A DNA stretch of 64,000 bases. It comes from Octopus vulgaris. Lineage: Eukaryota. The position numbers and the translations under genes were made by a program. Positions 51,968 through 62,103 of the stretch are shown in pieces (position 1 is the first letter of the stretch; the number at the start of each line of letters is the position of its first letter). The DNA is taken from contig OX597817.1 of NCBI GenBank assembly GCA_951406725.2, positions 66,030,001 through 66,094,000 of the forward strand. The letters are read 5' to 3'. The notes under the pieces were generated by a model, which searched no databases, was not told the origin of the DNA, and saw only the letters and a program-made list of their open reading frames with translations.

Positions 51968-52640
51968 TTATTTTTCATTTCCTTCGAAAATTGCTATTTA
52001 ATGTGGTTTTGGTCATTTTGGCTGCTTCTTCTAGCATGTAAAAATATACTTGTTAAAGGGTAGTTTTCTCTTGTGTTTAAATGTACACTATTTTATATAA
52101 AGAATATGTTGTCTATTGACTATTTATACATGCTAGGCCACTGGTGGTGATATTTCTAAGGAATATTCGCTACCCTATATATGTATCTTACGAATATGAT
52201 CTTAGCATTCTTGAAGAATCAGCTTGGCATTATCCATTTACTGCCGACTGAAACTGCACTTGCACACTGAATTTTGAAAGGTTATAACATATAATGATGA
52301 GACATGTTATTTGTCTCTGAATTATAAGTTAGTTGTTAAGGCTGGTTACTGATGAGAATTCGCCTAGCAAATTATCTTATTTGCTAAAGAAATTTGAAAC
52401 CTAGGTATAACCAGAAAAAATAACAAGGTAAAAGTTTTTATTTTGCATTTCCTTCAAAAATTGCTATTAAATGTGGTTTTGGTCATTTTGACTGCTTCTT
52501 CTAGCATGTAAAAATTACCTGTTAAAGGGTAGTTTAAATGTACACTATTTTATATCAAGAATATGTTGTCTATTGACTATTTATACATGCTAGACCACTG
52601 GTGGTGATATTTCTAAGGAATATTCGCTACCCTATATATA
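51968..52640 (+). mobile_element. About 1.45 copies of a 470-bp tandem unit carrying a hammerhead ribozyme (retrozyme/pLTR-like)
   Basis: About 51968-52182 recurs at about 52438-52640 (CATTTCCTTC at 51976 and 52446), with the HHR in between. Confidence 0.7.
52342..52414 (+). ncRNA. Type I hammerhead ribozyme
   Basis: CUGGUUA-CUGAUGA-GAAUU...UAGCAAAU(UAUCUU)AUUUGCUA...AAUUU-GAAA-CCUAGG-UA-UAACCAG. Perfect 7-bp stem I, two-part stem II, palindromic stem III ACCUAGGU, GUA cleavage triplet at 52405-52407. Confidence 0.88.
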
Positions 52641-53627
52641 TACACGCACACACATATATACATATCATCTTTTAATGCCCACTTTTCATGCTTGCATGGG
52701 TCAGACAGAATTTGTTCATTTTTTTTTTATAGGTAGATGTTCTTCCTGTTGCCCACCCTCAGATGTTTCCAATCAAGGTAATATCTCTCATGCCCAGACA
52801 TAATTTTTACAGAAGATTGGTAAAAAATCAACATAGCTTGTATGGTGGTGATGCTTGTTTACATCCCTCACAAGATATCAAGACACACACCTATATATCA
52901 ACATCATCATCTTTTAACATCTATTTTCCATACTAACATGGGTTGTACGATTTGACAGGAGCTAGCAAGTCAGAGAATGACACTAGCCTTCAATTGTCTG
53001 TTTTGGCATGGTTTCTACAGTTCAATGCAACCTCATTGGTGCTGGTGCCACATAAAAAGCACCGAGAACACTGTGTAAAGTGGTTGGCATTAGGAAGGGC
53101 ATCCAGCTGTAGAAACCGTGTCAAATATCTGTGTTGAGGGATGTGCATGTATACTCAGCTTTTCACATTCATTGATGCATGAATATATAAATGTGAGTGT
53201 GTGCGTATGTATATGGGTCTGTAGCCATTGCAAATTTTAATAGTTCATCTACACTTCAAATATTTCACTCCCCCAAACCCCTTACAGCACTCTTCAATCT
53301 CCAATTACTTTGTTCTACATCATCATCAATTAATGTCTATGCTGACATGGGTTAAACCTACATTAATCAAAACATCAAAAGCTCAGATTCTATCACCCAT
53401 TTGATAACCTTTTTATTAAAATATTCAATCTTTATATACAAAATAGGTACAGGTGTGGCTGTATTGCAGGCAGATGGCTGTTTAGTAGGAAGTTTGCATT
53501 CCAATCACATAGTTCCATGTTCAGTTGCACAGTGTAAAACCTTGGGCAAGTGTCTTCTAATATAGCCCCAGGCCAAAGCCTGTGAGTAGATTTTGTAGAT
53601 GGTAATTAAAAGAATCCCATCAAGCGC

Positions 53628-53667
<40 letters not shown>

Positions 53668-55685
53668 TTATTGCTAACCATTTCAACTACATGTACTTAT
53701 AGCAGTAAGTACATGTAGTTGAAACATTTAGTAATATTGTACTCTCATTGGATGGAGTACTCTTCCTATTGACTTTTATGCAGTTAATTTCTGATATATA
53801 TATATATATACGTGTGTGTCTTTGTGCTTGTATCCGTGTATTTGTCCCCCACTTAATAACCAGTGTTGGTTTATTGACATCCCCATAACTTAATGGTGCA
53901 GCAAAAGAGAGCATCAGAATAAATACAAAGTTTATAAATTAAGTACTGAGGGGTAAGGGCACAATTTGTTCAACTAAAAACCCTTCAAGTTGGTGTTCCA
54001 TCATAACCACAGTCCAATGACTGAAACAAGTAATAGATAAGTAATCTTATTTTGTTAATTCATTTGTCTTTTGCTTACAAAAATATAAATTCCATTACTT
54101 TGGTTAGTACATAAAGAGTAACATGTCAGTAATCAGTAACATGTCAAAATATAGTTTCTTTTCAATACTTTCACTATATCAATTACCTCAGCCATCTTTC
54201 TGTACCTTTGATCAAGGCCAAAATTCTAATCTAAATTGTGGTCCTAAGTCCCATTTCATGGAAAAAAAATACTTAAATTTTGTTTGTTACTTCTGTTAGT
54301 ATATACCTTTATCTCCCTATCTTATTCTTATTCTCCTCCTCTGCCTTCTTCTCTTCCTCTTTTTCTCTCTGATACATATACAAGTCTATCACATGATATC
54401 ATCACAACCATTTTTTTTTCCTTTTCTTTCTCTCAGTTAGTCTCCATCCTTTTTCCATTTCCGTTCCATTTTTCTGAAGTATTATGTTACATAGCACGTG
54501 AATGCCTTGTTCTAATATCAATTACACACACACACGTATGCATGTATGTATGTATGTTGTCAGGTCACTTTCGAGTGCTACTGGTAACATGTAACCCAGT
54601 ACAACCTGTTGCATGGTCGGGTCGTCGGCGACTAAACCGGCAACCCCACCAAGCTTGCTTGGTGAGAAGGGTGTTTATTGGACACCCTGCGGGAGGAAGA
54701 ACAAAACCCGTCAAAGGGTGGAGGAACTCTTGAGAGTCAACGGTCATCCAATAAATGTCTTAAGGCTGTATCATGCATGGGGACATAGAAATAATCGGAC
54801 TGAATACCCGATCGTGCAGTTAAACCATTGGAAGGGAAGGACTTCCAGCTTTTGTTAGGGCATCCTTCTAGGAGAAGGTAACTCAGGTAACTGGGATAAT
54901 TCCGACATAAAACCTGCAGCTCAGTGGTTACCGATGATGATGACTTGCTCTTCTTTTCGGATTATGGCTGCTGTTGCTTAGTGAGTGAGATTGACTCAGT
55001 GCACAGCCTTTCTTCACTTTAAAAAAAATATTCTTGCACAGGCATTGCACGATAACAACATTGATTAAGCTTCGTGCAATGGCCATACTCGATAACGAGG
55101 GGGCAGCCATCATGTATGTATGTGTGAGTATGATGTGTGTGTGTACAGGTATGGTTGTGCAGTTAAGAAGCATGCTTCCAAACCATGTGGTCTTAGGTTC
55201 AGTCCTACTGCATGACACCTAGGATAAGTATCTTCTATAGTTCCAGGCTGACCAAAGCCTTGGGAGTGGATCTGGAAGATGGAAACTGAAAAATAAACCC
55301 ATCATGCGTGAGAGAGAGACAGAGAGGGAGGGAGAAAGAGGGGGGTGTTGACAACCTGCAGACTTCTTACTACAATGGGCATTATGTCTGTCTGTTCCCT
55401 CCTCACAGTCAAACAGCTGGACAAATGGTCACGATGTTTTTCGGGATTATGAAGGAGATAATCAGGAAGGTTTTTACAAAAAAAAAATGTGAAAAAGTAT
55501 GATTATATAGCGGATATTGAGATTTGTATTAATAAATCACCATTGATTTTTTTTGGTTAAAACTCTGGATTCTCCCCCACCCCCACCCCATATAGTTCGT
55601 GAATATAGAGGGTTTAGATTTGCAATACTATCTCTTTATTTCCGATCATAGATGGGCAGATTTGCTATCTTACTATAATGGGCAT

Positions 55686-57782
55686 GCCACTTCCACTCTA
55701 CTGGTCATTCACTATGTCTGTGTTCAGACTGTCTCTGTAGAGGGGCCACCCAGACTCTTACCTTTGCCATGAACAAGAATGTTCATTCCTTTGTGCCTTA
55801 TTGGCTCAACTCCCCACCTCTCTTCATCTGACACTACCCCACACAGATTCTCACACATCTCCCACATTCAACCGCCCCTCCCATCCACCTACACACCTGT
55901 ATACTGACTGCTTCAGTACCCTCGCCACATACACACTGTTCAACTTATTACTCACTTCACACACCATTACACCCACAAACAACTTCCCACTCCAAACACA
56001 CTTATTTGTCAACATCGAAATAACTTAACAGCAAATGAATACGACTACCTAACAAGTTTTAATTGCAAAACCAGCATCCTCTATGGGCTTCCAAAAATCC
56101 ACAAGAGCCAAATAATTACTGAAGCTTCCAAAAAGTTCACTTCAACCTGCATCACTGTACCACATCCCACTGATCTCAAACTGAGACCAATTGTGGCAGG
56201 CCCAAACTGTGAAACACACATATTAAGCAACTTTATCGATATCCTCTTAAAACCAGTACTTAAACACATACCAAGTATTGTAAGAGATGACCTGGACCTA
56301 CTAAATCATCTCCCCAAACATACCAATAAAGACATTTTCATTGCCTCCTTTGGTGTAATAAACCTTTACACTACGATCCCACATCAAAATGGACTGGAAG
56401 CCATTAAATTCTGGCTAGAAAAATACTCCAATGAGGTCCCGGAAAGAATAAAAAAAGAATTTATCATCGAAGGCCTTAAGTTTATTCTCTAAAACAACTT
56501 TTTGAATTTTAATAATAGCTACAGACAGATATCAGGGTCTGTAATGGGTACTAAAGTTGCCCCCACTTATGCAAACTTGGTGATGGCCTACCTAGAATTA
56601 AAAACTTATGAAGAATCCAAATCAAAATACGGCCTGTCTTTCCACAAATACCTGTTGGAGAATTGGAAACGCTACTTGGATGATTGCCTCATCCTATAGT
56701 CCCATATACTTAACCAACTATAAGAAAAGGCACCAACATTGAAACTGATATCCACTACAAACCAACTGATTCCGCCACTTCCACTCTACTGGTCATTCAC
56801 TATGTCTGTGTTCACTGTCTCTGTAGAGGGGCCACCCAGACTCTTACCTTTGCCATGAACAAGAATGTTCATTCCTTTGTGCCTTATTGGCTCAACTCCC
56901 CACCTCTCTTCATCTGACACTACCCCACACAGATTCTCACACATCTCCCACATTCAACCGCCCCTCCCATCCACCTACACACCTGTATACTGACTGCTTC
57001 AGTACCCTCGCCACATACACACTGTTCAACTTATTACTCACTTCACACACCATTACACCCACAAACAGCTTCCCACTCCAAACACACTCATTTGTCAACA
57101 TCCTTAACAAAGCACACGAAGACAATTACTGAAGCTTCCAAAAGTTCACTTCAACCTGCATCACTGTACCACATCCCACTGATCTCAAACTGAGACCAAT
57201 TGTGGCAGGCCCAAACTGTGAAACACACATATTAAGCAACTTTATCGATATCCTCTTAAAACCAGTACTTAAACACATACCAAGTATTGTAAGAGATGAC
57301 CTGGACCTACTAAATCATCTCCCCAAACATACCAATAAAGACATTTTCATTGCCTCCTTTGGTGTAATAAACCTTTACACTACGATCCCACATCAAAATG
57401 GACTGGAAGCCATTAAATTCTGGCTAGAAAAATACTCCAATGAGGTCCCGGAAAGAATAAAAAAAGAATTTATCATCGAAGACCTTAAGTTTATTCTCTA
57501 AAACATCTTTTTGAATTTTAATAATAGCTACAGACAGATATCAGGGTCTGCAATGGGTACTAAAGTTGCCCCCACTTATGCAAACTTGGTGATGGCCTAC
57601 CTAGAATTAAAAACTTATGAAGAATCCAAATCAAAATACGGCCTGTCTTTCCACAAATACCTGTTGGAGAATTGGAAACGCTACTTGGATGATTGCCTCA
57701 TCCTATAGTCCCATATACTTGACCAACTATAAGAAAAGGCACCAACATTGAAACTGATATCCACTACAAACCAACTGATTCC
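55686..57782. repeat. Recent tandem duplication (55686-56773 and 56774-57782)
   Basis: Both units start GCCACTTCCACTCTACTGG and end ACCAACTGATTCC; near-identical apart from one indel block. Confidence 0.92.
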
Positions 57783-57920
57783 AAACAACAACTTCTGTTC
57801 ACCTCCAATCACCCAAAGCACACGAAGACAAACATCCCCTTCAACCTTGTGAAAAGAATCTGTACAGTTGTCTCAAATTATAGAACAAAATTAAAAACTC
57901 CAAGAACTAAAGGCAGTTCT
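56016..57920 (+). mobile_element. Penelope-like element reverse transcriptase pseudogene (two tandem copies)
   Basis: LYGLPKIHK, LRPIVAG, V.NLYTTIPH, YRQISG..MGTKVAPTYANL.M..LE, WKRYLDD and TDIHYKPTDS...SNHPKHTK.NIPF motifs, with in-frame stops. Confidence 0.9.
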
Positions 57921-58339
57921 TCTCATGATCGTTGGCATAACAACTGACTAGCTTTGGTGCTGGTGGCACATAAAAAGCACCATTTGAGCGTGATAGTTAC
58001 CATCGTCGCCTTCCTGGTACTTGTGGGAAGCTTTTGTATGTTAGCGTGCAATGTATGTGTGTGTGGCGGGTCTGTGTGTATGTGGGGGGTACAATTTGTG
58101 TGAAGGGGTGTGTTGTAGGTGGTGGGAAACAGTTTATTTTGTGGGTGTCTGCCTTATATGGGTGTGCATATGTGTACATGGATGCTTTGGTGTGTGCTTT
58201 GGTCAAACTCTTCTTGCCAGGAAAGTCATTTGCAGAAGGTCAAGGCAAGGGATCTGTGGTTGCAGTCATGGTGGAGTGCGCAGGTATGATAGAATGTACT
58301 TCCTTTCATGCAGGCAAGGATTAAACACCTCACTCCCAC

Positions 58340-58650
58340 AATTCAGGTAAACATCTGGACTTTGGATACCTTTTAAAATTGCTCTCTACTCAGCCAGGCA
58401 TAATCTGCACTTCCTGCTGCTATTGAAGTATTTTTGCCTCTTTCTAGGAACTCCCACTTTATGTTGTACTCCATGGTGCTTTCCTTCAATGTCCAGACAT
58501 GCTTGGCATTATGTTGTGGCATTATGTTTCTCTTGGATGTTGAAATGCTGAATGAGGACTTGTGGTTATTAAAGCAGTTTCTGAAGGGGCCTTCCATTGC
58601 TCCCACATACTTCCATATTGTCCACTGGGTCCAGTTGCCTCATAAACAAC
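58340..58650 (-). mobile_element. Penelope-like GIY-YIG endonuclease remnant
   Basis: YVGAMEGPFRNCFNNHKSSF...KHVWTLKE...YNIKWEFL resembles the PLE endonuclease pattern YIG.T...FK.RY.NHK.SF...HIW.LK. Confidence 0.7.
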
Positions 58651-58900
58651 TGTTTCCGTATTGCAGTGGCTGTTTACCACACACCCCATCCCCACAGGAG
58701 CATCACATTAATAATACACACTTTCCCCACTTCAAGATAACTCTTGCCAGTTTCACAGCATATCCAACCAAGAGACAGAACTCGTAGACTAATCTCCTGG
58801 CCTTTTTACATTCCACCAGGTTTTTCACAGCAGCCACTGACCAGTTGTGGCTAATACACCTCCGACAATAGAGAGCAGTAGCCATATTCCCTTCCATATC

Positions 58901-58992
58901 AGCTAACTCTGATGAGCATAAAGTTATATAATTGGTTTGTTACCTAACACTCCATTGTATTCTTTACGCGAAACTGACTGGTAAGATCAGCT
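58901..58992 (+). ncRNA. Type I hammerhead ribozyme with a long loop II
   Basis: AGCUAACU-CUGAUGA-GCAUAAAG...CUUUACGC-GAAA-CU(GACU)GG-UA-AGAUCAGCU. Core intact including G10.1-C11.1; stem II 7/8; stem I imperfect. Confidence 0.7.
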
Positions 58993-59004
58993 CTCTTTCT
59001 TTTT

Positions 59005-59381
59005 TTCTCTCTTTTACTTGTTTCAGTCACTTGACTGTGGCCATGCTGGAGCACCACCTTTAGTCGAGCAAATCGACCCCAGGACTTATTCTTTGTAAGC
59101 CTAGTACTTATTCTATCGGACTCTTTTGTCGAACCGCTAAGTTACGGGGATGTAAACACACTACCATCGGTTGTCAAGCGATGTTGGGGGGACAAACACA
59201 TAAACACATACACATATACGACGGGCTTCTTTCAGTTTCCACCTATCAAATCCACTCACAAGGCTTTGGTCGGCCCGAGGCTATAGTAGAAGACACTTGC
59301 CCAGGGTGCCACATAGTGGGACTGAACCCGGAACCATGGGGTTGGTAAGCAAGCTACTTACCACACAGCCACTCCTGCGCC
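59005..59381 (-). mobile_element. Near full-length tRNA-derived SINE
   Basis: Minus-strand head GGCGCAGGAGTGGCTGTGTGGTAAG...GGTTCCGGGTTCAGTCCC (A/B boxes) and tail TGAAACAAGTAAAAGAG. Partial copies at 60030-60310 (+) and 60390-60770 (-). Confidence 0.85.
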
Positions 59382-59415
59382 TGTGATGGATATTTAATAC
59401 TATACATTTCAAATC

Positions 59416-59446
<31 letters not shown>

Positions 59447-59503
59447 ATATATAATAATATACATATATGGGATAATTACTGTGAAGCATTGTATATAATG
59501 TAC

Positions 59504-59852
59504 TGTATAAAAGATCATGGGTAAGGCCAAAACAATGCGAAGTAAATGCAAGGTAAATCACAAGAAAAAAAAATTGTGAATTAATGTAGACTTACCTTGT
59601 ATTCAATATTTCAGGGTTATGACTCCATCCTCAAGAAATTGATGAATGTTGCCGATGTGTGTGTGTGAGCTTTCTTTCTCTTTTTTCACACACACGCACA
59701 TCGGCAACATTCGTCAATTTCTTGAGGATGGAGTCATAACCCTGAAATATTGAATACAAGGTAAGTGTACATTAATTCACATATTTGTTTTCTTGTGATT
59801 GACCTTGCATTTACTTTGCATTGTTTTGGCCTTATCCACGATCTTTTATACA
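59504..59852. repeat. Long inverted repeat, arms of about 165 bp with a 17-nt spacer
   Basis: 59504-59668 is the reverse complement of 59686-59852, with few mismatches. Confidence 0.93.
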
Positions 59853-61645
59853 ACATATATATATCAAATAAAATCAAAAACAGAACACGAAGGATATCGC
59901 GGTACACGTGTTTCAAGCTTTATAAACAACCCCTTCTTACATCAGTGTATAATTGATATAAAAGATGGTTTAAAGTTCTCTTCAGCCGCAAATATTGTTA
60001 TTCCAAAGAGTTACATCTGTATAAATGCTTTGCGAGTGGATTTGGTAGACGGAAACTGAAAGAAGCCTGTCGTATATATGTATATATATATGTATGTGTG
60101 TGTATGTTTGTATGTATGTGTTTGTACCCCTAGCATTGCTTGACAACCGATGCTGGTGTGTTTACGTCCCCGTCACTTAGCGGTTCGGCAAAAGAGACCG
60201 ATAGAATAAGTACCGGGCTTACAAAGAATAAGTCCAGGGGTCGATTTGCTCGACTAAAGGCGGTGCTCCAGCATGGCCGCAGTCAAATGACTGAAACAAG
60301 TAAAAGAGTAGAGAGAGAGAGAGAGATTTATATATAAACATATATGTGTATATAATAAAATAAAGATATAAATTTATATATAGAAATATCTTTTATCCTT
60401 CACTAGTTTCAGTCATCAGACCACAGCCATGCTGGGGCATTGATTTGAAGAATTTTGGTTGAACGAATCAGCCCCAATACTTATTATTTTCAAGTCTGGT
60501 ACTTCTTCTATGGTCTCTTTTGCCAAAGTGCTAAGTATCAGGGGCGTGAACACACCAACACCAGCTGTCAAACAGTGGTGGTGGGGGGAGACAAAGACAC
60601 ACACATATATATATATATATATACACACAGACACGACGGGCTTCTTTCAGTTTCCGTCTCTATACATAAGGCTTTGGTCGACCAGTGGCTATAGAAGACA
60701 CTTAGCCAAGGTGACACAACCCAGAACCATGTGGTTAGGTAGCAAGCTTCTCACCACACAGCCACGGCTGTACAAATATATATCCTAAACTTCATAGTTG
60801 GAAAGGAACTTTCTCAACAACACAATTATACCCGAGTCGCATTTTGATGGCAAGAGTAATGAAGTATTATTTGTGTATCTGTGTAACTTAGACGGGAATA
60901 AGTATCCGTCCGAGTTACACAAACTATCGAAGATGGTTTCTATCAAGCACACTGGCTTTCTCCCTGACAGATATATGTGCAGAGATGACGGTTTCCGCCA
61001 ACTAGATTTCAACACTTTTCGTTAATTCAAAGCCGTGGCAAATACACTTGGATGGAGTGTCGTGCAGAGAAAGCGAACCAAAAATCACGTGGTTTAGAAG
61101 TGAATTCCCAAATACCCAGCTGTGTTTGTGTCTGCACAAAAGAATCGATCGTGGTCTCATTAAAATGCCAACAAGGAATAAAAAGAAAATATAATAATAA
61201 AAGACTGCAGACACCGGTCGCCTCCGTCTTTCGTTTATAATTATTCTTTCTGCAATTAAGGAAATTACCTCAAAACATTACACTGTCTTATCGCTCGCAG
61301 CACGTTTTATGTATCTCTCGTACTCAGTAAAGGAACTTTTATGTAATCACTTTGACTTGCTCACAGTCAACCAAATTTCTCGTTAAGCCCGTTAACTTCA
61401 AAATGCAAAGATTGCAAGTTTTAAAATCTTGTATATATATATATTCGCGAATTTATTGCCTCCAGCCAGCCCACACAAAATAAAATAACCGAGACTAAGA
61501 AACAAATAATTGAAGTTGCTAGTTCGCGTGTTTGATTGTATATATGTGCTACCATAGGCATTTCTTGGTCTAATATTAGTATATCAATCTGCTTCGGGCA
61601 ACTACTCCGTCGAGCATTAATAACAAAAATGTTTAATAAACTCAC

Positions 61646-61710
61646 CATTTCGATGAAACTGTTCGCATCAAATGACTAACTTTTTCTCTGCTAAAGAAAA
61701 ATCTCACCAT
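61646..61710 (-). CDS. ADHFE1: ADHFE1 exon 1 (MVRFFFSREKVSHLMRTVSSK, mitochondrial presequence-like)
   Basis: ATG at 61710 in a CpG-enriched region, donor TG|GTGAGT (phase 2). R..V.HL.R resembles HOT N-termini. Total spliced CDS is 1428 nt. Confidence 0.8.
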
Positions 61711-62033
61711 CGTGCTTTCCACTGTATTCAAGTTTAAAACACGATAACGAGTTTACAGGTGAAAGCTACTATCGCATTTCAGACTTAGACTCAACTGATA
61801 CGAGAGGGGTAGACACCTTACACCGTTTCTCTTTTCTGTCTTCGGGATTTACTGTACTAAATCAGTTCGTAATTATTTCACGATTAACAATTAACAAATT
61901 TTACCAATATTTGTTCCAATACACCATATCAGATCAAAATCAAGACAAAATTGTAAAAAGAAATAACTTGTTTAACTTTTCTACTTAATTTCTTAGACGC
62001 AAGAAAAAACCATATAGTCCTCTGGTGTCCTGT

Positions 62034-62103
62034 AATATCACTCTTATCTAGAATGCTTTATAGAAATAAATATCACTCTTATCTAGAATGCTTTATAGAA
62101 ATA
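62034..62103. repeat. Tandem duplication, 2 x 35 bp, upstream of ADHFE1
   Basis: AATATCACTCTTATCTAGAATGCTTTATAGAAATA occurs twice. Confidence 0.85.

Noticed and set aside
56193-57708. Functional reverse transcriptase or retron-like system
   Set aside because: In-frame stops, loss of the motif-A Asp and missing segments; it is a dead Penelope-like element.
59310-59381. tRNA gene
   Set aside because: The tRNA-like A/B boxes are a SINE head continuing into the SINE body; no complete cloverleaf is evident.
59596-59660. Alternative ADHFE1 coding exon 1 ending at AAG|GTAAG
   Set aside because: All three frames have stops shortly upstream of the donor, it lies in an inverted repeat, and a better exon 1 exists at 61646-61710.
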